Positions 54,965 through 64,000 of a stretch of DNA of 64,000 nucleotides are shown here, piece after piece. The notes under the pieces are model-generated. The model was not told the origin of the DNA, ran no database searches, and saw nothing but the letters and a program-made list of their open reading frames with translations. Numbering within the stretch: the first letter of the stretch is position 1; the number at the start of each line of letters is the position of its first letter. Source of the stretch: Candidatus Latescibacterota bacterium (GTDB lineage: Bacteria > Latescibacterota > UBA2968 > UBA8231); assembly GCA_965243025.1 (NCBI GenBank), contig CBDETY010000003.1, positions 1,440,001 to 1,504,000 of the forward strand, given 5' to 3'. A program made the translations under genes and the position numbers.

Positions 54965-56470
54965 ATGGGCTGCATGCTGGTGCGGGCCCTGTTCCTGCGC
55001 CTCCTCGGAGTCGTGTACCTGGTCGCCTTCGTCTCGCTGTGGGTGCAGATACACGGGCTCGTCGGCAGCGGGGGGATCCTGCCGGTGGGGGACTTCCTCC
55101 AGCGCGCCGGGTCGGTGCTCGGCGACGGCGCCTGGCTGCGGGTGCCGACCTTCTGCTGGCTGAACTCCGGCGACGCCGCTCTCGGCGTCCAGTGCGGACT
55201 CGGAGTGGCTCTCGCCCTTGCCCTGCTCGCAGGGGCGGCCCCCGCTGCGGCCTCGGCAGGGTTGTGGGCTCTGTACCTGTCCCTGTTCACCGCCGGTCAG
55301 GAATTCCTGGCGTTTCAGTGGGACCTGCTGCTGCTCGAGACCGGCTTCCTCGCGATTCTCTGGTCCCCTGCGACGTGGCGGCCGGAATGGGTGTGGCCAT
55401 CCCCCTCGCGAGCGGTACTGTGGCTGCTGCGCTGGCTCCAGTTCCGGCTGATGTTTTCCTCCGGGTTCGTCAAGCTCGCCAGCGGCGACCCCGCGTGGAG
55501 GGACCTGCGCGCCCTCGACTTCCACTACGAGACGCAGCCGCTGCCGTCCTGGACGAGCTGGTACGTCCACCACCTCCCGGAGTGGTTTCACAGCGGCGAG
55601 GTGCTGGGGACGTTCGCCATCGAGCTGATCGTCCCTTTCGCGATTTTCGCCGGCCGCCGCGCCCGCCTGGGTGCCGCTTCCGCCTTCGCCCTGCTGCAGG
55701 TCGCCATCGCCGCTACCGGCAACTACGGGTACTTCAACCTCCTCGTCCTCCTTCTCTGCCTGCCGCTGCTCGACGACGGATGTTTCCGGCGTCTCGCGGC
55801 GAGGGCCGCCACGGTTCCTCAAGCCAGGCAACCGGAGCCCGGGCCCGGAGGTCGCTTGGGCCGCCTCTCCTGGAAGCACCCCGTAACCCCTCTGATCCTG
55901 CTTGTGCTGCTTCTGAGCAGCATGCGGCTTGCGGCAACGATCGGGATGCCGGTCTCCCGGCCATCCCTGCTCGCGGAGACGCGGAGAGCGCTCGAGCCGT
56001 TCCGTCTCAGCAGCAGCTACGGGCTGTTCGCGGTCATGACTGCCGAGCGGCCGGAGATCGTCGTCGAGGGCAGCATGGACGGGGAGAATTGGCAGACGTA
56101 CGAATTCAAGTGGAAACCGGGAGACGAAAACAGCGCTCCTGGCTTTGTCGCCCCCCACATGCCGAGGCTCGACTGGCAGATGTGGTTCGCAGCCCTCCGC
56201 TCCTACCGGGGCGCTCCATGGTTCGAACGGCTGCTGGCCCGGTTGCTTCAGGGTTCCCCCGAAGTGGCCGGGCTGATGGCGAGCTGTCCGTTTCCTCGCC
56301 CGAGGTACGTGCGGGCGTTGCTGTACGACTACCGATTCACCAGCCGTCAGGAGCGTGCCGAGAGCGGAAACTGGTGGCGCCGCAGGCTGCTCGGGGCCTA
56401 CAGCCCGACGCTGTTCATGAGGCAACCGCAGACCGGATCCTCGATTGTCGAAAACCAGTCACGACCTTAA
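54965..56470 (+). CDS. Lipase maturation factor (LMF1) family membrane protein
   Basis: RLLGVVYLVAF.SL..QI.GL.G..GILP, FQWD.LLLETG, GFVK, HYETQPLP, TGNYGYFN, YGLFAVMT, EFKWKPG, HMPRLDWQMWF. Confidence 0.9.
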   Translation: MGCMLVRALFLRLLGVVYLVAFVSLWVQIHGLVGSGGILPVGDFLQRAGSVLGDGAWLRVPTFCWLNSGDAALGVQCGLGVALALALLAGAAPAAASAGLWALYLSLFTAGQEFLAFQWDLLLLETGFLAILWSPATWRPEWVWPSPSRAVLWLLRWLQFRLMFSSGFVKLASGDPAWRDLRALDFHYETQPLPSWTSWYVHHLPEWFHSGEVLGTFAIELIVPFAIFAGRRARLGAASAFALLQVAIAATGNYGYFNLLVLLLCLPLLDDGCFRRLAARAATVPQARQPEPGPGGRLGRLSWKHPVTPLILLVLLLSSMRLAATIGMPVSRPSLLAETRRALEPFRLSSSYGLFAVMTAERPEIVVEGSMDGENWQTYEFKWKPGDENSAPGFVAPHMPRLDWQMWFAALRSYRGAPWFERLLARLLQGSPEVAGLMASCPFPRPRYVRALLYDYRFTSRQERAESGNWWRRRLLGAYSPTLFMRQPQTGSSIVENQSRP

Positions 56471-56575
56471 GTTTGCGGTTTCACTGGGACTTGAAGGGGG
56501 CGGAAGCGGGGAAATGAACCGGCTCGGACCTGAAGGGTTCAGCGCTGGCGAAGTCGTTCGGAGGATCGGTTTGGT

Positions 56576-57522
56576 ATGAAAGCGGTGCGTTTCCAGCAGA
56601 CAGGCGGTGCCGAGGTTCTGCAGTACGCAGATGTCCCCGACCCCGCTCCCGGACAGGGGGAGGCCCTCGTCGAGATCGAAGCGGCGGGGCTGAACTACAT
56701 CGACACCTATCACCGGGAAGGTCTTTACCCCGTCGACCTGCCCTGCATCCCCGGAATGGAAGGCGCCGGCGTGGTGCGGGAAGTGGGTGACGGAGTGGAA
56801 AGCGTCTCGCCCGGGGACCGCGTCGCCTATGCCGGGGTCATGGGCTCGTACGCGGAACTCGCCTGCGTCGAGGCGGAACAACTGGTGCCCCTCCCGGACG
56901 GAGTGGAGGTCGAAACCGGGGCCGCGGCCCTGCTTCAGGGCATGACCGCTCACTACCTCGCCCACGGCACCTACCCCCTGTCCGCAGGGAAGGTCGCTGT
57001 CGTTCACGCCGCCGCCGGGGGCGTCGGCCTGCTGCTGGTACAGATGGCCAGGCGCGCAGGGGCCCGCGTCATCGGCACGGTGTCGACGCCTGAGAAGGAG
57101 CTGCTCGCCCGCGAGGCTGGCGCCGACGACGTCATCCGCTATTCGGAGGTGGAGTACGGAGCAGCGGTGCGCGAGCTGACCGGGGGCGAAGGGGTCGACG
57201 TCATCTACGATTCGGTCGGCAGGACGACCTTCCTCAAGGGACTCGAGCTGCTGCGTCCCCGCGGCTACATGGTCCTTTTCGGGCAGTCGAGCGGTCCGGT
57301 GGAGCCGTTCAACCCGCAGCTTCTCAGCGCCAACGGCAGCCTGTTCGTGACGCGCCCGACCATGACCCACTACCTCCTTACCCGCGACGAGCTCCTGCAG
57401 CGGGCCGGGGATGTCCTGCGGCGGAGGCCCACCGCGCTCGTTATCCGCTCGCCGAGGCGGCGGAGGCCCACCGCGCTCTTCAGGGCAGGCTCACCACGGG
57501 GAAGGTACTCCTTCTCACCTGA
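56576..57522 (+). pseudogene. qor: Quinone oxidoreductase (zeta-crystallin family), frameshifted near the 3' end
   Basis: GLNYIDTY.R.G, PGMEGAG, LQGMTAHYL, HAAAGGVG, YDSVG; the native end RYPLAEAAEAHRALQGRLTTGKVLLLT* (TGA 57520-57522) is out of frame after a 22-bp duplication; may be an assembly error. Confidence 0.75.
57418..57478 (+). repeat. 22-bp direct repeat GCGGCGGAGGCCCACCGCGCTC x2
   Basis: Identical copies at 57418-57439 and 57457-57478. Confidence 0.9.
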
Positions 57523-57571
57523 ATCCTGCGGCCTTCCCGCGGCGGACCCGGCAGGAGGAAGCAGCGTCCCG

Positions 57572-58981
57572 ATGAATCAGCGGCCAACAGAAGAACCGGC
57601 AGCCGAAAACAAGGTCCCGGCGGCTCCTCACCCGGCGGGTGAACCCGGAGAGAGTGCACCGGTGGTTCCCGAAGAGGGTGCGGCGGACCCGCCCGCAGTA
57701 CAGTCCTTGCCTGCCGGGGAGGTTTCGCCTCCCGAAGGTGAGGTGCCCCCTTCTGAAAGTTCGAATCGGGGCACCGGCGAGAGCGGCCCTGTGGAAGGGG
57801 ATGGCGGCGAGAATTTTGCGGCCATGCTCGATGCCACTCCCGGCGTCGGCAGCACCCAGGAACTGGTTCTCGGTGAGAAGATCAGCGGAGTGCTTTCACA
57901 GGTGAAAGGGGAGAACGCTTTCGTCGATTTCGGAGGCCGCAGCGAAGGGGTCATCAAGACGGGAGAGCTGATGAACGAGGACGGAGAGATGATCTTCGGC
58001 GCCGGCGATCCCCTCGAGGCCTACGTCGTCAGCACCGACGAGGAGATCATCCTTTCCCGTTTCCTGAGCAAGGATCAGCGGCAGGCGGACATGCTCTACC
58101 GCGCCTTCAAGTCGGGCATGCCCGTGGAGGGAAAGGTGACGGCGGTGAACAAATGGGGCCTCGGTGTGGAAATTGAGGGAACGCGGGCGTTCTGCCCGAA
58201 ATCCCAGATCGACACCCGGCCGGTGAAGTCCGTCGAGGAATACCGCGGACAGACGCTGCAGTTCCGGATCCTGCGCTACCGCGACCACGGACGCAATATC
58301 GTCCTGTCGCGCCGCGCCCTGCTGCAGGCCGAGGTCGACAAGGCGGCAAGTGAGGTCCGGGAAGGGATCGTGAAGGGAGCCCGCCTGCAGGGGAGAGTGA
58401 CCCGTCTGGAGTCGTTCGGGGCGTTCGTCGATCTCGGTTCCGATGTCGAAGGCCTGGTTCACGTCTCGGAAATGCGGCACGAGCGCGTCGAGCACCCCCG
58501 GGAGGTCGTCGAGGAAGGTGCCGAGATCACCGTCTCCGTCCTCAGGACGAAGAACCTGGGAGACCCCAAGAAGGAGCGGATTTCGCTGTCGATCAAAGCG
58601 CTCGAGGAGGATCCCTGGGACCGGGTGCGGAAGCAGTTCCGGCAGGGCAGCGTCGTGCAGGGTACCGTGGACGCTATCGAGGATTACGGAGCCTTTGTCG
58701 AACTCGCGCCGAACGTTCGCGGCATGGTCCACGTTTCCGAGCTCGCCGAGCGCCGGGTCAACCACCCCCGTGACGTCGTCTCCATAGGGGACCAGGTCAA
58801 GGTCGCCGTGCTCGAGGTCGATTCCCGCCGCCGCCGGCTGCGGCTCTCCATGAAGCGGGCGGAGAAAATGGAGGCGGACAGCAATCTCGAGGAGTTCCGC
58901 AAGCGCCAGGCCGAGGAAGTCGACGACCAGGCGGCCGGCAACGCCCTGGCAGACGCCCTGAAGCGGGCCGGCCTCGGCTGA
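57572..58981 (+). CDS. Ribosomal protein S1-like protein (4 S1 domains, Pro/Glu-rich N-terminus)
   Basis: AGGAGG upstream of ATG 57572; FVDFGGRSEG, RAFCPKSQI, FGAFVDLG..EGLVHVSE, YGAFVEL...GMVHVSE. Confidence 0.85.
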   Translation: MNQRPTEEPAAENKVPAAPHPAGEPGESAPVVPEEGAADPPAVQSLPAGEVSPPEGEVPPSESSNRGTGESGPVEGDGGENFAAMLDATPGVGSTQELVLGEKISGVLSQVKGENAFVDFGGRSEGVIKTGELMNEDGEMIFGAGDPLEAYVVSTDEEIILSRFLSKDQRQADMLYRAFKSGMPVEGKVTAVNKWGLGVEIEGTRAFCPKSQIDTRPVKSVEEYRGQTLQFRILRYRDHGRNIVLSRRALLQAEVDKAASEVREGIVKGARLQGRVTRLESFGAFVDLGSDVEGLVHVSEMRHERVEHPREVVEEGAEITVSVLRTKNLGDPKKERISLSIKALEEDPWDRVRKQFRQGSVVQGTVDAIEDYGAFVELAPNVRGMVHVSELAERRVNHPRDVVSIGDQVKVAVLEVDSRRRRLRLSMKRAEKMEADSNLEEFRKRQAEEVDDQAAGNALADALKRAGLG

Positions 58982-58997
58982 GGTCGATTCCTCTCCA

Positions 58998-60272
58998 GTG
59001 TCCGCACGGCCCAAAGCCGGCAGTATCCTCGAATCCCTGACAGGTCCCGCCAGCCGGGACGGGTACTACGGAGAGTTCGGGGGCGCCTTCGTCCCGGAGA
59101 TTCTGCGCACCACCCTCGACGAGCTCTCCGAAGCCTTCTACGAGGCCGCGGAGGACCCTTCCTTCTGGGAGGAGTTCCACCGGGTGATGAGCACCTACTC
59201 CTGCCGGCCGACCCCGATAACCTTTCTCGAGAACCTCTCGGCGGAACTCGACGGCCCCTCTATCTACCTCAAGCGGGAAGACCTCAACCAGACCGGCGCT
59301 CACAAGATCAACAACGTCATGGGGCAGGGACTCCTCGTCCGCCGCATGGGCAAGAAGCGGGTGATCGCCGAGACAGGGGCTGGCCAGCACGGGGTCGCCA
59401 CCGCCACCATGGCGGCGCGCTTCGGTTTGCGGTGCACCATCTACATGGGAGCCGAGGATGTCGAGCGCCAGCGCCCGAATGTTTTCTGGATGGAGCAGCT
59501 CGGCGCCGAGGTCATCTCCGTCGAGGACGGCACCGCCACCCTCAAGGACGCGATCAACGAGTGCTTCCGCGACTGGGCCTTCTCGATGGGGGACACCCAC
59601 TACGTGCTCGGCACGGCGTGCGGACCTCACCCGTTTCCGGCGATGGTCGCCCGCTTCGTGCACGTGATCGGGCGCGAGTCGCGGGAACAGATGCTGGAGA
59701 AGTGCGGCCGCCTGCCAGACCGCGTGTACGCCTGCGTCGGCGGGGGCTCCAACGCCACCGGCATGTTCCTCGGCTTCGTCGACGATCCGGAGGTCGAGCT
59801 GGTCGGCGTCGAGGCGGGGGGGCTCGGCCTCGATTCCGGGCACCACGCCTCGCGCCTCGCCGGAAAGGACGGATCGGCGGGAGTGGCGCAGGGGTACAAG
59901 ACCTATTTCCTGCAGAACGAAGAGGGGCAGATGCTCGACACGCACTCGGTATCGGCCGGCCTCGACTACATCGGGGTCAGTCCCATCCTCGCCCACCTGC
60001 ACCGGTCCGGACGCGTGCGTTTCGAGGCGGCGACCGACGAGGAGGTGATAGCCGGCCTGCGCAGGCTGATGCGCCGCGAGGGGATAGTCGGCGCCCTCGA
60101 GAGCATGCACGCCGTCGCCGGAGCCCTGCGCGAGGCCGCCCGACTCAGCGGGGACCAGGTTCTCCTGGTCAACCTCTCCGGCCGCGGCGACAAGGACATC
60201 TTCACGATCGGCGACGCCCTCGAGGACCAGAACTGGAAGACATTCCTCAGGAACAAGGCGTCGAGGCTGTAA
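58998..60272 (+). CDS. trpB: Tryptophan synthase beta chain
   Basis: GYYGEFGGAFVPE, KREDLNQTGAHKINN, AETGAGQHGVATA, CVGGGSNA, SAGLDY, ALES.HA, NLSGRGDKD. Confidence 0.96.
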   Translation: MSARPKAGSILESLTGPASRDGYYGEFGGAFVPEILRTTLDELSEAFYEAAEDPSFWEEFHRVMSTYSCRPTPITFLENLSAELDGPSIYLKREDLNQTGAHKINNVMGQGLLVRRMGKKRVIAETGAGQHGVATATMAARFGLRCTIYMGAEDVERQRPNVFWMEQLGAEVISVEDGTATLKDAINECFRDWAFSMGDTHYVLGTACGPHPFPAMVARFVHVIGRESREQMLEKCGRLPDRVYACVGGGSNATGMFLGFVDDPEVELVGVEAGGLGLDSGHHASRLAGKDGSAGVAQGYKTYFLQNEEGQMLDTHSVSAGLDYIGVSPILAHLHRSGRVRFEAATDEEVIAGLRRLMRREGIVGALESMHAVAGALREAARLSGDQVLLVNLSGRGDKDIFTIGDALEDQNWKTFLRNKASRL

Positions 60273-60376
60273 ATCTTGGTCCCGCTGACGGCGTTGCGCT
60301 CCCTCCGGGTTTCACCGAACCGCCGCGGCAAGGCGCCGTTCCAGTCGGGCGCCACGTCCGCCCCATGGTAACTCAT

Positions 60377-61174
60377 ATGCGCCAGGCAAACCTGGAGAAC
60401 CGCCTGCGCGCCGGGCTGGGCCGCGACGACCGGGCAATCCTGTTGACGACCCACCTCGTCGTCGGCTTCCCGTCGCTCGAGGCGAACTGGCGCATGCTCG
60501 AAATCATGCAGGAGGTGGAGGTCGACCTCGTCGAGCTGCAGATGCCGTTCAGCGAACCGGTCGCCGACGGTCCTACCTTCGTGCGCGCCAACCAGCTCGC
60601 CCTCGAGGCCGGGCTCTCGGTCGACGAGTACTTCGATTTCATGTCCCGGGCGACCGCGAGCTTTTCCTTTCCCCACCTGATGATGGGGTACTACAACACC
60701 GCGTACAAGCTGGGGCACGAGGTCTTCTGCGAGCGGCTGCGGGCCGCCGATGCGGCCGGTTTCATCCTCCCCGACCTCCCCTTCGAGGAGTACGGGGACC
60801 TGTTCGACCTCAGCCGCGACAACGGTCTCAGCCCCATTCTGCTGATGACCCCCACCAACAGGAAGGAGCGCCTGGCCGCGATCGGCGAGCGCGCCAGCGG
60901 GTTCGTCTACGCCGTGGCGCGCAAGGGGGTGACCGGGAAGAAGACCGAGCTGGAACAGGGGCTGTACCGGTTCGTCGGGCGCTGCCGGGAAGCGACCCGG
61001 CTGCCGCTGGCGGTCGGGTTCGGTCTGCGCCAGCGGCAGGATGTCGAGCTCCTGCACGGCCGCGTCGACATCGCCATCGTGGGGTCCGCTCTGCTCGATG
61101 CCTGGGAAACGGGCGGCGAGCACGCGTACCGCCGCCTGCTGACCGAGCTCGCCGCCGGCAGGGCCCCGGCCTGA
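60377..61174 (+). CDS. trpA: Tryptophan synthase alpha chain
   Basis: ELQMPFSEPVADGP, MGYYN, ILPDLPFEE, GFVY.V.R.GVTG, AVGFG, IVGSA. Confidence 0.93.
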   Translation: MRQANLENRLRAGLGRDDRAILLTTHLVVGFPSLEANWRMLEIMQEVEVDLVELQMPFSEPVADGPTFVRANQLALEAGLSVDEYFDFMSRATASFSFPHLMMGYYNTAYKLGHEVFCERLRAADAAGFILPDLPFEEYGDLFDLSRDNGLSPILLMTPTNRKERLAAIGERASGFVYAVARKGVTGKKTELEQGLYRFVGRCREATRLPLAVGFGLRQRQDVELLHGRVDIAIVGSALLDAWETGGEHAYRRLLTELAAGRAPA

Positions 61175-61254
61175 GGGACCCGGCAGGACGCTGGCCAGTC
61201 CTCCGGCAGCAAGCCGGTCGCCAGGGAGACCGCCGCTCCGGCGGTCCCCCGGAA

Positions 61255-61995
61255 TCAATCCATGAAGAGCCCGCCGTTGACGTCGACGGTTTCACCGGTG
61301 ATGTGGCGGGCGTCGTCGGAGGCGAGGAACAGGGCGCACGCGGCGACGTCCTCGGGCTGCCCTTTCTCCCCGAGCGGGATGGTCCTGGCGAGGTCGGCGT
61401 GGTCGGGGGAGAGGCCGCGCGTCATCGGGGTATCGATGACTCCCGGGGCCATGGCGTTGACGCGGATTCCGTGGGGGGCGGCGTAGCGCGCCAGGGTGAT
61501 GGTCAGCGTGAAGATCGCCCCCTTGGCCGCCGCGTAGGGAGCGCTGGCCGCGAGCCCCCCGTTCTTCGCCGCCAGCGAGCTCATGCTGAGGATCACCCCC
61601 CGGCGGCGCGGCACCATTACGTTCAGCGCCGCCTGCGAGCAGAAGAACATCCCTTTCAGGTTGATGTCGATCTGCTTGTCCCACTCCTCCTCGGTGCAGT
61701 CGTGGACCTTGGTGTGCACCAGGTATCCGGCGTTGTTGACGAGGATGTCGAGGCGGCCGAACTCCGCGGCGACGCGGCCGACTCCTTCGCGCACGTCCCG
61801 GGTCGAGGAGACGTCCATCCGGACCGGCAAGCCGGGAACCGGCAGATCGGCGCCGGTCGCCGCCGCTGTGTCCGCGTCGATATCGGCGACCGCAACGCGC
61901 GCCCCTTCTTCGGCGAAGCGCCGGCAGATCGCCTCGCCGATGCCGCGACCGCCTCCGGTCACGAGCGCTGTTCTGCCTTCCAGTTTTCCTGACAT
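61255..61995 (-). CDS. FabG-like short-chain dehydrogenase/reductase
   Basis: TGGGRGIG, NNAG, YAAAK, NAMAPG.IDTPM, ITGETVDVNGG. Confidence 0.9.
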   Translation of the reverse strand: MSGKLEGRTALVTGGGRGIGEAICRRFAEEGARVAVADIDADTAAATGADLPVPGLPVRMDVSSTRDVREGVGRVAAEFGRLDILVNNAGYLVHTKVHDCTEEEWDKQIDINLKGMFFCSQAALNVMVPRRRGVILSMSSLAAKNGGLAASAPYAAAKGAIFTLTITLARYAAPHGIRVNAMAPGVIDTPMTRGLSPDHADLARTIPLGEKGQPEDVAACALFLASDDARHITGETVDVNGGLFMD

Positions 61996-62176
61996 CGCTT
62001 GGCTCCTCTGTAGGGCAGGTGAGTCTACGGATCGCCTTTTTTCCCAGCAAGCGCCCCTTTCAATGAGTACCGCGGCGCTGGACCGGGTGAAGGTGTCACA
62101 CAGATGTTACGGGCTCTTCCTACCTTCGTTGAGACCGGCGAACCCGGTCCATACCGAGGAAGAGAGGAGCAGAGCC

Positions 62177-63586
62177 ATGTCGCGATCAACCTCCCCGGAA
62201 CAGACGCCGCGGAAAGAGAGGCTGGAGCCGGGAAGCCTTCTGGAACAGCGGCAGACCATTCTGGAAACCTGCTCGGAGCTGCTGCGAACCGGAGACGAAG
62301 CGACCCTGCGGCTGGTGCTCAACAGCCACCACGCCGCGGATCTCGCCGACCTGGTACGCCGCCTCAAGGAGGAGGAGGGGACCCGAATCCTCGGTCTGCT
62401 GAGCCCCGGCCTGGCGGCCCGGACCCTGGCCGCGGCGGACACGGCGACGGCCCTCGTCGCAACAGGGGCAATGAACGAGGGGATGCTGACCGCCATCCTG
62501 TCGCAGATGGCTCCCGACGACGCCGCCGACCTGCTGGCGGAGCTGCCCACCGACCTGGGCGGCCGGGTGCTCGGGCAGATGGAAGCGGAGCTTGCCGTCG
62601 AGATCGAAAAGCTGCTGGCCCACGCGGAAGAGTCCGGCGGGGGCATCATGACCTCGCGCCTGGTCGCCGTCCGCGACTCCATCACCGTCTCCGACGCCGT
62701 TCACTACCTGCGCGAATGGGCGGGGGACGAGGAGATCCTGTCGCTGTTCGTCGTCGACGATGACGGCCGCCTGACCGGCACCTTGTCCCTGAGGCGGATG
62801 CTTCTGGCCGAGCCGGAGACCCTCATTTCCGATCTCGTCGAGCCCGATCCGATATCGGTGCTGGTCGATGTCGATCAGGAGGAGATCGCCCGCATCTTCG
62901 CCGAGTACGACCTGCTGGCGGTGCCGGTGGTCGAAGAGGGGGGGGAGCTGGTCGGGCAGGTCACCGTCGACGACATCGTCGACGTGATCCGCGAAGAAGC
63001 GACCGAGGACATCTACGAGATGGCGGCGATGAGCTCCGAGGAGATAGGGGAGCGCTCGACCCTCGCCGTCATGCGGCGCCGGCTCCCCTGGCTGCTGCTC
63101 TGCCTGGCCGGCACCCTGGCGTGCGGGGCGGTAATCGATCGCTTCGAGGACCTGCTGTCCCGCATCGGGGCGCTGATCCTGTTCGTGCCGGCGATCATGG
63201 CGATGGGGGGGAACTCGGGGATTCAGACATCCACCGTCACCGTACGCAGCCTGGCGACCGGCGACTTCCCGCAGCGCAACCTGCTGCTGGTGGTGTGGCG
63301 GGAGCTGCGCACCGCCGTCGGCATGGGGCTGTTCTTCGGGCTGCTGGTGGGAGGGGTTGCCGGAATGTGGTCGGAGGCGGGAATCGTCGCAGCCTGCGTC
63401 GGCACAGCAATGGCAGCGGCGATCACCCTGTCGGCGCTCCTGGGGGCGGTGGTGCCCCTGGTTTTCCGGGGACTCGGAATCGACCCGGCTGTTTCATCCG
63501 GACCGCTCATAACCACCCTCAACGACATCCTGTCGCTGGCTATCTACTTCGCCATAGCCGCAGCGGTTCTGCAGTCGTGGAATTGA
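62177..63586 (+). CDS. mgtE: Magnesium transporter MgtE
   Basis: HAADLAD, MAPDDAADLL, GGIMT, CBS pair, DQEE, TVDDIVD, RLPWL, MGGNSG.Q, DPA..SGP.ITT.ND. Confidence 0.93.
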   Translation: MSRSTSPEQTPRKERLEPGSLLEQRQTILETCSELLRTGDEATLRLVLNSHHAADLADLVRRLKEEEGTRILGLLSPGLAARTLAAADTATALVATGAMNEGMLTAILSQMAPDDAADLLAELPTDLGGRVLGQMEAELAVEIEKLLAHAEESGGGIMTSRLVAVRDSITVSDAVHYLREWAGDEEILSLFVVDDDGRLTGTLSLRRMLLAEPETLISDLVEPDPISVLVDVDQEEIARIFAEYDLLAVPVVEEGGELVGQVTVDDIVDVIREEATEDIYEMAAMSSEEIGERSTLAVMRRRLPWLLLCLAGTLACGAVIDRFEDLLSRIGALILFVPAIMAMGGNSGIQTSTVTVRSLATGDFPQRNLLLVVWRELRTAVGMGLFFGLLVGGVAGMWSEAGIVAACVGTAMAAAITLSALLGAVVPLVFRGLGIDPAVSSGPLITTLNDILSLAIYFAIAAAVLQSWN

Positions 63587-63814
63587 TACCGGCTTCGGCC
63601 GCCGAACCTGACACCCACCCGCGGAATACCATCCCTGGCGCTGCCTCCAGAGCTGGGCGCGCAGTGCGAACAATTATCGTGCGCCGACCTGTCTGGTTGG
63701 AGGCCGGGATCCGGATCAGCGCCCCGACCCGGTTTGCGATCCCTTGGAGACGGGATGAATTTCCCCCTGTGCCGCAGCAGCTTTCCAGGTGCGGCATCAC
63801 CACGGGGTAATTTT

Positions 63815-64000
63815 TTGAACAGGGTCGTAAGCATCGTCCTGGGCGGGGGCCGCGGAACCCGCCTGTTTCCCCTCACAAAGTTCCGCTCGAAGCCCGCCGT
63901 GCCGATCGGAGGCAAGTACCGGTTGATCGACATCCCGATCAGCAACTGCCTGCATTCCGGCGTCGACCGCATCTTCGTCCTCACCCAGTTCAACTCCGCC
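63815..64000 (+). CDS. glgC: Glucose-1-phosphate adenylyltransferase, 5' part (runs off the window)
   Basis: TTG start; [39 protein letters not shown]...[10 protein letters not shown]. Confidence 0.9.
   Translation, partial: MNRVVSIVLGGGRGTRLFPLTKFRSKPAVPIGGKYRLIDIPISNCLHSGVDRIFVLTQFNSA

Noticed and set aside
56576-58981. Novel quinone oxidoreductase-ribosomal S1 fusion protein
   Set aside because: Explained by the 22-bp duplication and frameshift; the native qor C-terminus and stop, and an SD plus ATG for the S1 gene, are all present

Overview
A gene-dense, very GC-rich bacterial chromosomal segment with about 56 CDSs. I saw no rRNA, tRNA, CRISPR array, prophage or transposase. The Bat operon, the yicC...coaBC-udg-dnaB order and a peptidase-TolB-Omp85 gene suggest a diderm FCB-group organism such as Latescibacterota or Gemmatimonadota; this is inference, not a database result. 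Contents: batABCDE, an orphan murG(+HEAT)-mraY pair, recG, ssb, polX, dapF, yicC-cmk-coaBC-udg-dnaB, peptidases (M32, M19, PepA, M15), dcd, serC, trpBA, mgtE, the start of glgC and scattered sugar-acid catabolic enzymes. Main signals: (1) four copies of a 168-bp hairpin MITE with CTAG-like flanks, three of which start exactly at a TAG stop codon and one of which carries a nested 72-bp palindromic insert; (2) a perfect sigma70 promoter overlaid by a TGCAC/GTGCA dyad upstream of a small HTH gene and ssb; (3) a MurG-HEAT fusion paired with MraY outside the dcw cluster; (4) a DapF with both catalytic Cys replaced by Ser; (5) a nucleosidase / SPL-like radical SAM / SDR operon; (6) an Omp85-metalloprotease plus beta-propeller lipoprotein cluster; (7) an archaeal-type CMP kinase in the usual gmk-rpoZ slot. 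The 801-aa qor-S1 'fusion' results from a 22-bp duplication and frameshift. All protein calls come from motifs recognised by eye, and several start codons are uncertain.
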